Positions 1 through 10,000 of a DNA stretch of 64,000 nt are shown here, one piece after another. This stretch comes from Anaerohalosphaeraceae bacterium. GTDB taxonomy: Bacteria; Planctomycetota; Phycisphaerae; Sedimentisphaerales; UBA12454. Location of the stretch: the NCBI GenBank assembly GCA_021108375.1, contig JAIORA010000042.1:73046-137045 (forward strand), given 5' to 3'. A program made the position numbers and the translations under genes. Numbering within the stretch: position 1 is the first letter of the stretch; each line of letters opens with the position of its first letter. Under the pieces are notes generated by a model. That model saw only the letters and a program-made list of their open reading frames with translations. It was not told the origin of the DNA and did not search any database.

Positions 1-137
1 CCCCTGATGAATCAGGGGGCTTTCGTCATCGCGAGGCCGTGCTTTTTATTAAAAATCCATCCCGATTTATCGGGATTCCTTAACTCAAAACTAAGGACTC
101 AAAACTCAAAACTACTCTGTATTCTTCAAGGCGAACA
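1..137. repeat. Intergenic hairpin-module block 3' of the last pseudopilin gene
   Basis: CCCCTGATGAATCAGGGGG hairpin (1-19). ATCCCGA-TTTA-TCGGGAT hairpin (~59-76). CTCAAAACT-type microsatellite (~83-113). The same modules recur in 13 other gaps. Confidence 0.85.
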
Positions 138-971
138 TTATTTTCTGTTTTCTTCATCATCAAAAAATTCGTCAGTTACATCATTAACATCGTTCACATC
201 GCCCGGCAGATTACTATCATTCGCATCGTTAGCATCATCTTCGTACATATCCGCAATCTCATTAGCATCCGCGAATTCTGTCTTGATAAACTTATATGTC
301 AACTGCCTTGCCCTGTTGACCGCAATCGTTCTGAAAATAATATCCTCTTCAGGCACAACCATATTACCGCTAATGTCCTCTGCCATATTGGCAAAAGACA
401 ACGAAACCTTCACCGCCAGCGGCAGTGCCTTCTTGTCCCACTTCTGGCTAATCTCTTCGCCTTTAACAGTTTCAATTTTGAACATCGTAACCCCCGAACA
501 GACCGGCACAAACTTTTCGAGTTCCAGCGAGTCCTTGGTCTCATCAAGCATTTTATCTTCCAGCGAATATCCGCTATGCGCGCGGTATATTATCAGCCCG
601 TTTGCATCGACATTTGCCCTGCTCTGCCATACTATCCTGTCAAAAACCTGTTCTTTGCTGTCCTTATCGTAAATTTTATTTTCGATAATCATCTGCGCAC
701 TGTTATATCCGCCCTCTTCGATTTTGTTTTTTATGGTCATCATAATATCCGCTCCCGAAAGAGCCGTCCGGTCGATGTCCTCTGCGAGCCTCTGCAAAAT
801 TTCCATATCGAGCCTTCCGCTCTGGAGCTGGCGATTTACAGAATTGGCCGCCTGGCGCATACGGATATAAATCCCCCCCACCGCCGCCAGCAGCATCGCC
901 GAAATGGTCAACACCGCCATCAACTCCGCCAGCGTAAAACCGTAACAAGTTTTGTTATTCAGTGTTTTCAT
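138..971 (-). CDS. Minor pseudopilin (prepilin-type N-terminal cleavage/methylation domain) with an acidic D/N/E-rich C-terminal tail
   Basis: ORF 138..1205 trimmed to the internal ATG at 971. MKTLNNKTCYG|FTLAELMAVLTISAMLLAAV is a class III signal peptide with Glu at +5. It starts 4 nt after the stop of the upstream pseudopilin gene. Confidence 0.75.
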   Translation of the reverse strand: MKTLNNKTCYGFTLAELMAVLTISAMLLAAVGGIYIRMRQAANSVNRQLQSGRLDMEILQRLAEDIDRTALSGADIMMTIKNKIEEGGYNSAQMIIENKIYDKDSKEQVFDRIVWQSRANVDANGLIIYRAHSGYSLEDKMLDETKDSLELEKFVPVCSGVTMFKIETVKGEEISQKWDKKALPLAVKVSLSFANMAEDISGNMVVPEEDIIFRTIAVNRARQLTYKFIKTEFADANEIADMYEDDANDANDSNLPGDVNDVNDVTDEFFDDEENRK

Positions 972-975
972 TTCT

Positions 976-1626
976 TTAAGGCCCCATAACTGCCGGCCAA
1001 AATTCCTCTTCAGGAACATCACCCCAGGAATCGTAACCCGCAGGTGGCGGACCAAAATATTTCTCAAAGTCCTTCCACATATCAATCTCTGGGTCTGTGT
1101 CCGGCTCCTGATTCGGGTCAGCGTCCGGGTCTTCTTCCGGCTCCTGGTCAGGGTCGAGTTCGTCGAGCTGGTTTTCGTATTCTTTCTGCCTTTCCTTCTG
1201 CTCAAGAATCTGTTGGAGTTGCTTCTTGCTTAGGCTGCTGAGCCAGTGTTCCAGTTCCACTTTCTGGACTTGGCCTTCGGTATCGAAATATTCTGCAGAA
1301 CATACAGCCCGAATCCACATCCGGTTTGTTATTGGCTCATAAAACGATTCGATTCTCTTTTCCCAGTTAATGTCCGGGTGCATTTCGCTTTGGCCGTATT
1401 CAAGAATGTCGCTTACACTCTCCTGCGCCAAGATATTTTCCATATTCTCTCTGGATATTTCGAACGCCTCGGCCTTAGCCTGCCAGTTTATAACAGCATC
1501 ACTAATTCGTTTCATCACAACCATTACCGACCCTGCAATCATCGTCAGTATCACCATTGCTACGACAACTTCAATAAGGGTAAACCCTTTATCACCCCAA
1601 CAAATTTTATATCGTATTTTCCGCAT
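976..1626 (-). CDS. Minor pseudopilin (prepilin-type N-terminal domain) with a D/E/P-rich C-terminal region
   Basis: N-terminus MRKIRYKICWGDKG|FTLIEVVVAMVILTMIAG (G-FTLIE motif plus hydrophobic helix). Lies in the gsp cluster. Confidence 0.8.
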   Translation of the reverse strand: MRKIRYKICWGDKGFTLIEVVVAMVILTMIAGSVMVVMKRISDAVINWQAKAEAFEISRENMENILAQESVSDILEYGQSEMHPDINWEKRIESFYEPITNRMWIRAVCSAEYFDTEGQVQKVELEHWLSSLSKKQLQQILEQKERQKEYENQLDELDPDQEPEEDPDADPNQEPDTDPEIDMWKDFEKYFGPPPAGYDSWGDVPEEEFWPAVMGP

Positions 1627-1955
1627 TCTTTCATTTAGCCCCCTGATGAATCAGGGGGTTTTAGTTAGCCCCACATTTACAAATGTGGGGTTGCAGTTTA
1701 CTTTATCTTTTTACTTTTTTAAAATCCGCGTAATCCGCGAAATCCGCGGTTAAAATAATTCGTAAAAATCTGTGTTTATCAGTGTTCATCTGTGGCTAAA
1801 CAATCCGTCTCGGCCAAAGGCCGAATCCTCAACTCAAAACTAAAAACTCAAGACTCATAACTATTTCTTTTGTCATACCCGCGAAAGCGGGTATCCATTT
1901 TTCTGTATTTCCTTTTTTTCTCTGTGAACTCTGTGTTCTCTGTGGCTATTTGTTT
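1627..1955. repeat. Intergenic hairpin-module block
   Basis: CCCCCTGATGAATCAGGGGG (1639-1658). CCCCACATTTACAAATGTGGGG (1669-1690). ATCCGCG x3 module. TCGGCCAAAGGCCGA hairpin. CTCAAAACT microsatellite (~1829-1862). ACCCGCGAAAGCGGGT hairpin. Confidence 0.85.
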
Positions 1956-2528
1956 TTAAAATCCCATTTCGTCCTGCGTTCTGGTTTCGAGCAGTTCAAC
2001 GTCTCCACCTCTAAGTTCGATTATTCTGTTGAGCCGGTTTATCACTATCGAGTACAGATTGCCGCCATCATCTGAGACCACTACTTTACCGCCATACTGC
2101 CATCCACTCTTACTGCACCTAAACAATGCTGGTGCTTCGTTTGTCCACTCTCCGTCATCGAACATCACGTATGACAGTTGAAAGCTATCATTGAATTCGC
2201 CTCGTGTGATAATTTCCTCTTCTTTTATATCTTCAACCGCAACCAATCCCGTTGTTATCTCGCGCAGCAGGTAGGAATTTTGTGAAAAATCGATAACGAC
2301 TTCGTATCTCCTGTCGGTTTGTGCCGAGGTTGTAACTGCCATTTTGAACAGCCTCACAAGGTCATTGGCCCTTGCTCTGAAGCTATTGCTTGATGCCGTC
2401 GTTGCGAAATTAATCATCACCAGCGAGGTAATCATCGCCACGATGAACACTACCATTATAACCTCAGCCAGCACCGCCCCGGCCGGGGCGGTTTTCCCCC
2501 GACACATTTTCCGCTTTCGCATTCTCAT
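1956..2528 (-). CDS. GspH-like pseudopilin (prepilin-type N-terminal domain)
   Basis: N-terminus ...TAPAG|AVLAEVIMVVFIVAMITSLVM has Gly at -1, Glu at +5 and a hydrophobic helix. It follows gspG in the cluster, the position typical of gspH. Confidence 0.65.
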   Translation of the reverse strand: MRMRKRKMCRGKTAPAGAVLAEVIMVVFIVAMITSLVMINFATTASSNSFRARANDLVRLFKMAVTTSAQTDRRYEVVIDFSQNSYLLREITTGLVAVEDIKEEEIITRGEFNDSFQLSYVMFDDGEWTNEAPALFRCSKSGWQYGGKVVVSDDGGNLYSIVINRLNRIIELRGGDVELLETRTQDEMGF

Positions 2529-2994
2529 TTTTTTTAGTCCCGCTTCATCGGGATTCGCGCTTACGAATGGTTTATATCTTACATATTCCCGTTTAGCCCC
2601 CTCATCACTATGAGGGGGTTTTTATTTGTTTTATCTTTTTACATTTCAAACTTTTAACTCTTTAAACTAAATTGACTTGTTCAACTTCAGTTGAACTTAT
2701 GCAAATAAACGAGAATTTTTGCAGATGCTTGCATCGTAAAAAAATTCAAGTGAATATGCAAAAGTCAATTTTCTTTGTGTCCTCTGTGTTCTCTGTGGCT
2801 ATTCATTTTTTAAAATCCGCGTAATCCGCGAAATCCGCGGTTAAAATAATTCGTAAAAATCTGTGTTTATCAGTGTCCATCTGTGGCTAAACAATCCGTG
2901 TCTAATTTAAATAAACCAGTCTCGGCCAAAGGCCGAATCCTCAACTCAAAACTCAAGACTAATAACTCATAACTACTAAGCACCTCACGGGCAC
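2529..2994. repeat. Intergenic hairpin-module block with a unique core (~2640-2760)
   Basis: CCCCCTCATCACTATGAGGGGG hairpin (~2595-2616). ATCCGCG x3 module (~2813-2840). TCGGCCAAAGGCCGA. CTCAAAACT-type microsatellite (~2940-2978). The non-repeat core carries a GTTCAAC-TTCA-GTTGAAC palindrome. Confidence 0.8.
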
Positions 2995-3432
2995 TTAGTA
3001 AGCGTCCGTGCTGTACAGGTCTGTGTCGTAATCTTCGCCGCCTTCCTGTCCATCAGCGCCATAACTTACAATAACATAATCTCTGCCGCTTTCGGGGTAT
3101 CGAATATAATCAAATTCATTGCTCCAGGCATCTCTCGGCAACTCCGTCGTATTAAGATACCCGCCCGGCTGCCATCCTATAATATCTGTCGGCTCTTCGA
3201 TTAGTTCGAGCAGCCCCTGTTCTTCGTCGGGATACTGACCGGTATCCATTTTGAATTGAGCGACCGCACTGTCGAGCATTTTGAGGTTAGCCCGTGTCGT
3301 TGTAACCCTTGCCTTATCTGTTTGGCCGAGAAAGTTCACTGCACCTATCGCTGCCAGCAATCCTATAATGATGATAACTGCCATAATTTCGACGAGCGTA
3401 AAACCTGTTCTGTTTTGTCTTTTGTTTTTCAT
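2995..3432 (-). CDS. gspG: Type II secretion major pseudopilin GspG
   Basis: MKNKRQNRTG|FTLVEIMAVIIIIGLLAAIGAVNF... followed by QFKMDTGQYP and WG..Y.Y-type GspG core motifs. ORF trimmed to the ATG at 3432. Confidence 0.9.
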   Translation of the reverse strand: MKNKRQNRTGFTLVEIMAVIIIIGLLAAIGAVNFLGQTDKARVTTTRANLKMLDSAVAQFKMDTGQYPDEEQGLLELIEEPTDIIGWQPGGYLNTTELPRDAWSNEFDYIRYPESGRDYVIVSYGADGQEGGEDYDTDLYSTDAY

Positions 3433-3489
3433 ATCTAACCTTCCGCAAAATTGAATTTTCAATATATTTCTTATTTTAGGATAGCGTTA

Positions 3490-4695
3490 TCAAAAGCCTC
3501 CCGATGAGTACCTCAAAATCGGCAGCAGCGAAGCCATCGCTATCAGCCCCACAAAAAACGCCATCACAACAATAATCAAAGGCTCAAGTGCCGCGCTAAG
3601 CCTTTCGACAACAATATCCGAGGACGATTCAAGACTATCGCTTATACTCTTTAGCATCGTAACCAGTTCACCGCTTTTTTCGCCGACCGCCACCATATGG
3701 GCGATTGCCGGGTCTATAACGCCACTTTCCCGCAGGGGCGTAGCGATGTCGGCACCGGAGAGTATTCGGTCGCGTGCTTTTTTAACCGCGTCTGCCATTA
3801 TCACATTGCCGGTAACCTCAGCCACAACCTTGAGCGATTCAGCCATACTGAGTCCTGACCCTAACAGCGTTGAGAGCGTCGAGGCAAATCGCGACACAAC
3901 ATTCTGTTTCAGTAAAGGCCCGAATATCGGCAGTGCCAGCATCGTCTTATCCCGCAGCCTTGCCCCTCTTTGGGTCTTGAAAAACTTCCGCACCGACCAC
4001 ACAACAACCATTATCACCGCAAGTATTGCCCACCAGTAATGTATCAGCATATAGCTGACGGACATCATCGCTTTGGTAATCCAGGGCAGTTCCATCCCGG
4101 TCTTTGCAATTTGGGTAATTATTTTCGGCAGCACGAATGTCGTCAAAATCACGATTGCGATGATACCTATCACAACGATACACATCGGATAAACCATTGC
4201 GGTCGTTATTTTCGATTCGATTCTCTTCCGCTTTTCCATAAACGCTGAAATCGTTGCCATCGTCTTGGCCAGCGTCCCGGTTGCTTCGCCGACTTTTATC
4301 ATACTTATATATATAATATCGAAATATTCGCCATAATCGCCCATCGTGTCCGCGAATGATTCGCCGGTAATAATTCTATCGCGAATATCGGTAATAACAT
4401 TTTTGAATTTCACTTCCGAGGTCTGTTCGATAAGCACTGAAAGCGACTCGGTCAGTTTAATCCCTGAGTTGAGCAGTATCGACATCTGTTTTGTAAATTC
4501 TATTATATGGCTTTTTTTTGTCCGCCCAAAAACCCCGCCCTTGCCCCCTGCCTCAGCGGCATTTTGTTTTATGCTCGTCGGATGCACACCCCTTGCTCGC
4601 AGTTGTTTGCGAGCCGAGTACGCACTTTCTGCCGTAACGGTTCCTTTAACCGCCTTTCCGCCGGGGCCCAGTGCTGTATAAGTAAATCGAGGCAT
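3490..4695 (-). CDS. gspF: Type II secretion inner-membrane platform protein GspF
   Basis: 401 aa with a duplicated GspF/PilC domain and three TM segments. N-terminus MPRFTYTALGPGGKAVKGTVTAES is typical of the family. Confidence 0.9.
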   Translation of the reverse strand: MPRFTYTALGPGGKAVKGTVTAESAYSARKQLRARGVHPTSIKQNAAEAGGKGGVFGRTKKSHIIEFTKQMSILLNSGIKLTESLSVLIEQTSEVKFKNVITDIRDRIITGESFADTMGDYGEYFDIIYISMIKVGEATGTLAKTMATISAFMEKRKRIESKITTAMVYPMCIVVIGIIAIVILTTFVLPKIITQIAKTGMELPWITKAMMSVSYMLIHYWWAILAVIMVVVWSVRKFFKTQRGARLRDKTMLALPIFGPLLKQNVVSRFASTLSTLLGSGLSMAESLKVVAEVTGNVIMADAVKKARDRILSGADIATPLRESGVIDPAIAHMVAVGEKSGELVTMLKSISDSLESSSDIVVERLSAALEPLIIVVMAFFVGLIAMASLLPILRYSSGGF

Positions 4696-4883
4696 AAAAA
4701 AGTTTCGCCCAAAGGGCGGTTCCTTAATTTTGATTTTTAACTTTTTATTTTTTTAAAATCCGCGTAATCCGCGAAATCCGCGGTTAAAATAATCTGTGTA
4801 AATCAGTGTTTAAATAAACCAGTCTCGGCCAAAGGCCGAATCCTCAACTCAAAACTAAGGACTCAAAACTCAAAACTATTTAT
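4696..4883. repeat. Intergenic hairpin-module block
   Basis: ATCCGCG x3 module (~4752-4790). TCGGCCAAAGGCCGA hairpin. CTCAAAACT microsatellite (~4843-4877) ending 4-6 nt from the gspE stop. Confidence 0.85.
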
Positions 4884-6584
4884 CTAACCGTCTGACTGTG
4901 TAACTCTCAGTACTTCTGCGATGGTTGTAATCCCAGCCACAACTTTCCTCGCTCCGTCCATCCTCAGCGTCTGCAATCCCGCGTCGATAGCCTTCTGCTT
5001 AATCACGCCGGCACTTTGCCTTGAGTGAATCAGGTCTCTAACCGTTTCATCTATCAGCATAAGCTCATAGATTCCAGCCCTGCCTTTGTAGCCGGTATCG
5101 AAACATTTACTGCATCCTGCGCCGACATAGAAATCGCAGTCAGCTTTATCGACAGCGATTCCGATTTCGCGAAGTTCGCGCTCGCTCGGCTCATATTTCT
5201 GTTTACATTCCGGGCAGACTCTCCGCACAAGCCTCTGCGCAAGCACCGCAATCAGCGATGAGCTTACGAGGTAAGGCTCAACCCCCAAATCCAGCAGCCT
5301 GCTTATCGCCCCCGCAGAATCGTTGGTATGCAGCGTACTGAAAACAAGGTGTCCCGTCAGCGATGATTGTATCGCCATCCTCGCCGTCTCCTGGTCTCGA
5401 ACTTCACCAACCATAATAACATCCGGGTCCTGCCGCAATACGTGCCTCAGCGCCGTAATAAACGTCATACCCTTCTTCGTCGCCACCTGCATCTGGCTAA
5501 TCCCATCGAGCTGATACTCGATTGGGTCTTCAATTGTTATAATATTTTTCTGAACGGAGTCCATCCTGTTAAGGCTCGCGTAAAGCGTCGTACTCTTTCC
5601 ACTACCGGTCGGCCCGGTAACAAATATAACACCGTGCGACCTGCTCAGCAGCGAGTCGAATCGCTTCAGCTCATCTTCCATCATCCCAAGCTCGCTAAGA
5701 TTGAAAATCCCACTGCTCTTATCCAGCAGACGCAGCACACTTCGCTCGCCATAACTTGTAGGCACGGTACTAACACGCAAATCGATTTCGCGATTACCCA
5801 CCCGCACCGAGCACCGTCCGTCTTGCGGCATCCTTCTCTCGGCGATGTCCATTCCCGCCATAACCTTAATACGCGAAACCACCAGGGGCAGTACGTTGCG
5901 GTTAAGACTCAGCGTATCGTAAAGAATACCATCGATTCGATAGCGGATTTGTATCTTCGTTTCGTAGGGATGAATGTGAATATCGCTCGCCCGCAACTGC
6001 AGCGCACGAAACAGTATGTCATTAACCAACCTGATAACTGGAGGCCGGTTCACAACATCCAGCAAATCGTCAGCGGTGGCAACCTCATCAACAAGCTGGT
6101 CGAGATTCTGCGAATCAAGCTCTTCGGCGACATCATCGATAACCGTTGACTTCTGCTCGTACGCGACATCGATTGCCGCCGTTATCGCAGTCCTGTTCGC
6201 CAGCGCAATCCGTACCGGCGAGCCTGTCAGCCGTGAGACATTATCTGCCGAATCCGTATCGAAGGGCTTGGACAGCACAACCGTCAGTTCAGGGTCGTCC
6301 TCGTCGGGGTGAAGCCCGATAAGATAATGATGTTGAGCGTAGCTTGCCGGCACTTTTTCGACAAAAACTGTCGGCACATCAGCGGTATCTATTTCGTCGA
6401 AATACTCAAGCCCCAGCACGTCAGCAAATAGTTTAAGTACTGCGTCTTCGGTAAAATGCGGACAGCTAAGCAGCATCTCATCAAGGCGGGCAAGGTTGGC
6501 AGAGTTCTGTTCTAAATATGAGACCAGCATATCCGCATCGACTACGCTTGTCCTTTGTGCTGTCTTTATCAACAAATCTTTCAT
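4884..6584 (-). CDS. gspE: Type II secretion ATPase GspE
   Basis: Walker A GPTGSGKST, Asp/His boxes and a C-terminal CPECK...CSKC tetracysteine motif. ORF trimmed to the ATG at 6584 because the extension runs into a repeat module. Confidence 0.92.
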   Translation of the reverse strand: MKDLLIKTAQRTSVVDADMLVSYLEQNSANLARLDEMLLSCPHFTEDAVLKLFADVLGLEYFDEIDTADVPTVFVEKVPASYAQHHYLIGLHPDEDDPELTVVLSKPFDTDSADNVSRLTGSPVRIALANRTAITAAIDVAYEQKSTVIDDVAEELDSQNLDQLVDEVATADDLLDVVNRPPVIRLVNDILFRALQLRASDIHIHPYETKIQIRYRIDGILYDTLSLNRNVLPLVVSRIKVMAGMDIAERRMPQDGRCSVRVGNREIDLRVSTVPTSYGERSVLRLLDKSSGIFNLSELGMMEDELKRFDSLLSRSHGVIFVTGPTGSGKSTTLYASLNRMDSVQKNIITIEDPIEYQLDGISQMQVATKKGMTFITALRHVLRQDPDVIMVGEVRDQETARMAIQSSLTGHLVFSTLHTNDSAGAISRLLDLGVEPYLVSSSLIAVLAQRLVRRVCPECKQKYEPSERELREIGIAVDKADCDFYVGAGCSKCFDTGYKGRAGIYELMLIDETVRDLIHSRQSAGVIKQKAIDAGLQTLRMDGARKVVAGITTIAEVLRVTQSDG

Positions 6585-6629
6585 TGGATATATACCTGTT
6601 CCGCATAATGCCCTTGTCATTTCGACCAA

Positions 6630-7093
6630 CGCGGAGAAATCTTATTTTTGATTAGCCCGTAGAGCCTGCCCTGAGCGAAGCCGAATGGGTCTTGCCCTGC
6701 GGGTATTCGCATATTTTACTATCTCGTTCGCACCGCATAAAAGCCGAGCGACGTAAGTCGCCGGAATAGTTAGCCTTGTCATTACTATGGCAGAGTTATC
6801 CTTTCATTTAGCCCCCGAATTACAATTCGGGGGTTTGTACTTTCGTATGATTTATATCTTACATATTACCGTTTAGCCTCGGCCGGCACGGCCGAGTTAT
6901 TTAGCCCCCTGATTCATCAGGGGGTTGTTGTTTATCTATCCCCACATTTGTAAATGTGGGGTTGCAGTTTGCTCTTATCTTTTTGCTTTTTTAAAAATCT
7001 GTGCAATCTGTGAAATCAGTGTCTAAAAAAATAAAATCACTTCGGCCGTTAGGCCGACTCCTCAACTCAAAACTAAGAACTCAAAACTCAAAA
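6630..7093. repeat. Intergenic hairpin-module block
   Basis: Tandem hairpins: CCCCCGAATTACAATTCGGGGG (6812-6833), CTCGGCCGGCACGGCCGAG, CCCCCTGATTCATCAGGGGG (6905-6924), CCCCACATTTGTAAATGTGGGG (6940-6961). CTCAAAACT microsatellite (~7061-7095) abuts the gspD stop. Confidence 0.85.
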
Positions 7094-10000
7094 CTAATTA
7101 TTCTCTTCTTCGCCGCCGCGAATATCGTCAAGCACATTCAAAGGCTCGATTGGCGTAGGCTTTACTCCCGGAAAGCTCTCGTGTTTTTGGAACTGGTCTT
7201 CGTATTTTTCAAATGTTGCGCGATTCTTTCGCGATATATCCTTAAGCTGTTCAAGCCCTTCTTCTACATCAGGCCGAAGGATATTAGCTTTAACAAATAT
7301 ATACAACCGCTTCTCATCATTTGCGTTATCCACACTTCTGAACAATCCGCCAAGGATAGGCACATCACCTAACCCTGGAATCTTGCTGCCTGCCTTGGTC
7401 TGATTAAGTTTCGTCAATCCACCGAGAATAATCGTACTCCCATCAGGTACGGTAACAACCGTATTAACATTACTTGTAGTATAATCAGGAGGACCTTCAA
7501 GAGTTTCAACAAAGTCCTCTCGAATCATTTCTATCTCGAGCCGCAGCAAATCACCTTCACTAATCTGAGGCGTAATTTTCAGCTCAATCTTAGCTTCATA
7601 AGGTTCCCAGGTAACCGTTATTTTTTGTAGCGGAGGATCACCTGGATAGGTTACATCTTCCTTCTTAACATGTGTTTTTTGTGTTGTCTGAATCAAGCCT
7701 AATTCGTTATCGTTGACTAAAACCTTAGGCTGCGCCAGCACTCTTCCATAACCCCTCTTATCGAGAAGTCTCATCAACATCTGCATCTTGCCTGCGTTAT
7801 AAAAGCCTTGAACGCTTTTGGTATTCGCTCCGGTGGCATCTGTTAAATTGAAACCACCCTCAATCACGGACCCAACCGCTGTCTTAATCAACTGATTGCC
7901 GGTAATTGCTATATTACCGGTTGCAAGATTCGTGGCATTAGCTACTATACTAAGGTCGTATTCGAAATCGTCATCACGGTCAATCTCTACTAGCGAAACA
8001 TCTATCAAAACCTGTGGTCGGCGTTTATCGAGAGTCTTGATAAGGTTTGCTATCCACTCCTGATTCCGCTTATTTGCATACACGATAAGCGAAAAGGTAT
8101 TTTTGTCAGCCACAACCGCAATATCTTCCTCGCGTGTAACCTTTTTCTGCACTTTACCCTTTTCGTCTTTGATGGTCTTTTCTATAAGGTCATTAATAAC
8201 CCCTGCCAATTCTTCAGGCTCCTGATTTTCCAGCCGATAAATCCTGAACGGTATCGCCTCATCCAAAGGCTCCCTGTCAACGTAGGAAATAACCCGTGCT
8301 ATCTGGATATGCTGTTCAGGCGTTGCGTTAACCAAAAGCGAATTAGTCGTCTCAAGCTCAACAACTTGCGGCTGGTCTATCGTAACAAGTCCCGAAGAAC
8401 CAGCCCCTCCATCAGCCGAAGAGGGTGCCTCTCCCTGCGGATTTGCCCCGCGCCTTGCTTTACCAGAACTGCGTTTGGCTGTTCCAGACTGGCCGGAACT
8501 ATCGCTTTCGATTATCCCAAAATTCTTAAGGCTATCTACTACCGTTACAGTATCGATATACTGAAGCTCGTACTCCTGTATAGCCCGCAAATCCTGTTGC
8601 GGCACATCGAGCGAATCTATTATACCGTCAACCGTGGCAATCTCACCGGCCATCCCTATCATCATAACGCGATTAGTCCGTTTATCGAAATCGATATATA
8701 CCGAAGTCTGATTCTTGCCCTGAGCCCTCGGCCGCATAACCTGAGTATCAGGATCTTCCCTTGCTGCCCTTTTCCTTCTTGCCGCCCTTTTCTTTTCAAG
8801 CGGAGTCTTTGGCGCACCGCTGCCGACAGTAATATCTACCGTACCCAACTGCTCGGCAAGCGCCTGTACTTTGGGCACAAGCGACTCGGCCAGCGTGTAT
8901 TTCAGCACTCGCAGCTTAAACTTTTTCGGAGGACCCGGAACATCGACAAGCTCAAGCAAGTCTTCTATTCTCTGCATCCTGAACGCATAATCGGTAATAA
9001 CCAGCGTTCCTGTTTCCGGTATTGGAGTAACGTTAGTAGCAAACTTCATACCGCCTAACAAATTCTTTGCCGCGTCTGTGCTTATGTGCTCAAGTTTGAA
9101 AACGTTCGTAACTATTACATCGCCGGGCTTTAACGGGTCGTCGCCAAAACTGGGGTCCTGCTCAAGAATCTCTGCCGCGGGTGCGATTATTACTAAGTCC
9201 CCCTTTCGGCTCATAACAAGACCCTTAAATTTCAGGACGTTCTCAAGCAAATCGTACAATTCCCTTATTTTCAACCTGCCCTGAATCTTGATTCTGACAT
9301 CACCCTTAATCTTGTTTCCATCGTAAAGGTAATCGAGGTTCATATACTTGCCAACAAGCTCGATTAGCGTTACTATTTCCAGCTTCTCCGGCAAATCCAA
9401 ATCTATCGTCTGCTCGCCGTTCGGAATGTCCATCGCCACCCTTGCCGAGACCAGCGTAATTTCGTTGGCTTCATTGACCTCTGCGACAGCAATTTCTTCA
9501 ACCACTTCCGCGCTCGGCTCACGAACAGAGTTCTGCTCAGCCGGGGCGGTTTGCCCAAGATTCATTTGTTCAAGAATCGCTTTAACCTTCGCCGCTATCA
9601 TCTCATCAAGATTCTGCTCTGGCTCTGATTCTTGCTCTGGTTCTGGCTCAAACGTTCCATAATTTTCGACAACTACCGGCTCCAACTCTACCAACCCACT
9701 CGGCTCAACGAATCCCTCTATAACAATCTCTGGCTCAATGACAGGCTCCGCCGAAACAACTACCGGCTCATTCTCCGCCAGCTCATCAAGCAAATCGCCG
9801 AGCATCTCATCTTCGCCAATGACAACTGCGGATTCAACAGCCGCAGAACTCACAACCGCAGGGACGTTTGGACTTTCGATTATGTATGGATTGCCTGCCG
9901 CGTTTACATCATCAGCAGCTACCGCCGATGGAATAATTGATGGACTCGCCTCTACCACAACAGGTTGACTTTTCAATTTATTTATCTGTTCAAGAACTTT

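Noticed and set aside
1627-2994. The possibility that the regularly recurring palindromic repeats are a CRISPR array.
   Set aside because: There is no single constant repeat alternating with unique spacers of fixed length. The modules are heterogeneous and scattered in many gaps. No cas genes are present.
5367-6149. Long antisense ORFs inside well-supported genes: 5367..6149 (+) within gspE, 8309..9058 (+) within gspD, 35286..36176 (+) within the lptD-like gene, 20580..21284 (-) within folC, 42969..43586 (+) within the aminotransferase, and 15972..16544 (-) within lepA.
   Set aside because: Each lies opposite a gene with clear family motifs. Their products are low-complexity or R/H/N-rich with no recognisable domain and no RBS. 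These are typical shadow ORFs.
7001-7372. ORFs that start inside the repeat blocks: 7..672, 1246..1638, 7001..7372, 12475..12702, 15491..15826, 18914..19186, 39541..39906, 55463..55717 and 57533..57865.
   Set aside because: They are made of translated hairpin modules. The same peptide words recur wherever the repeat recurs. They run antisense into real genes and lack ribosome-binding sites.
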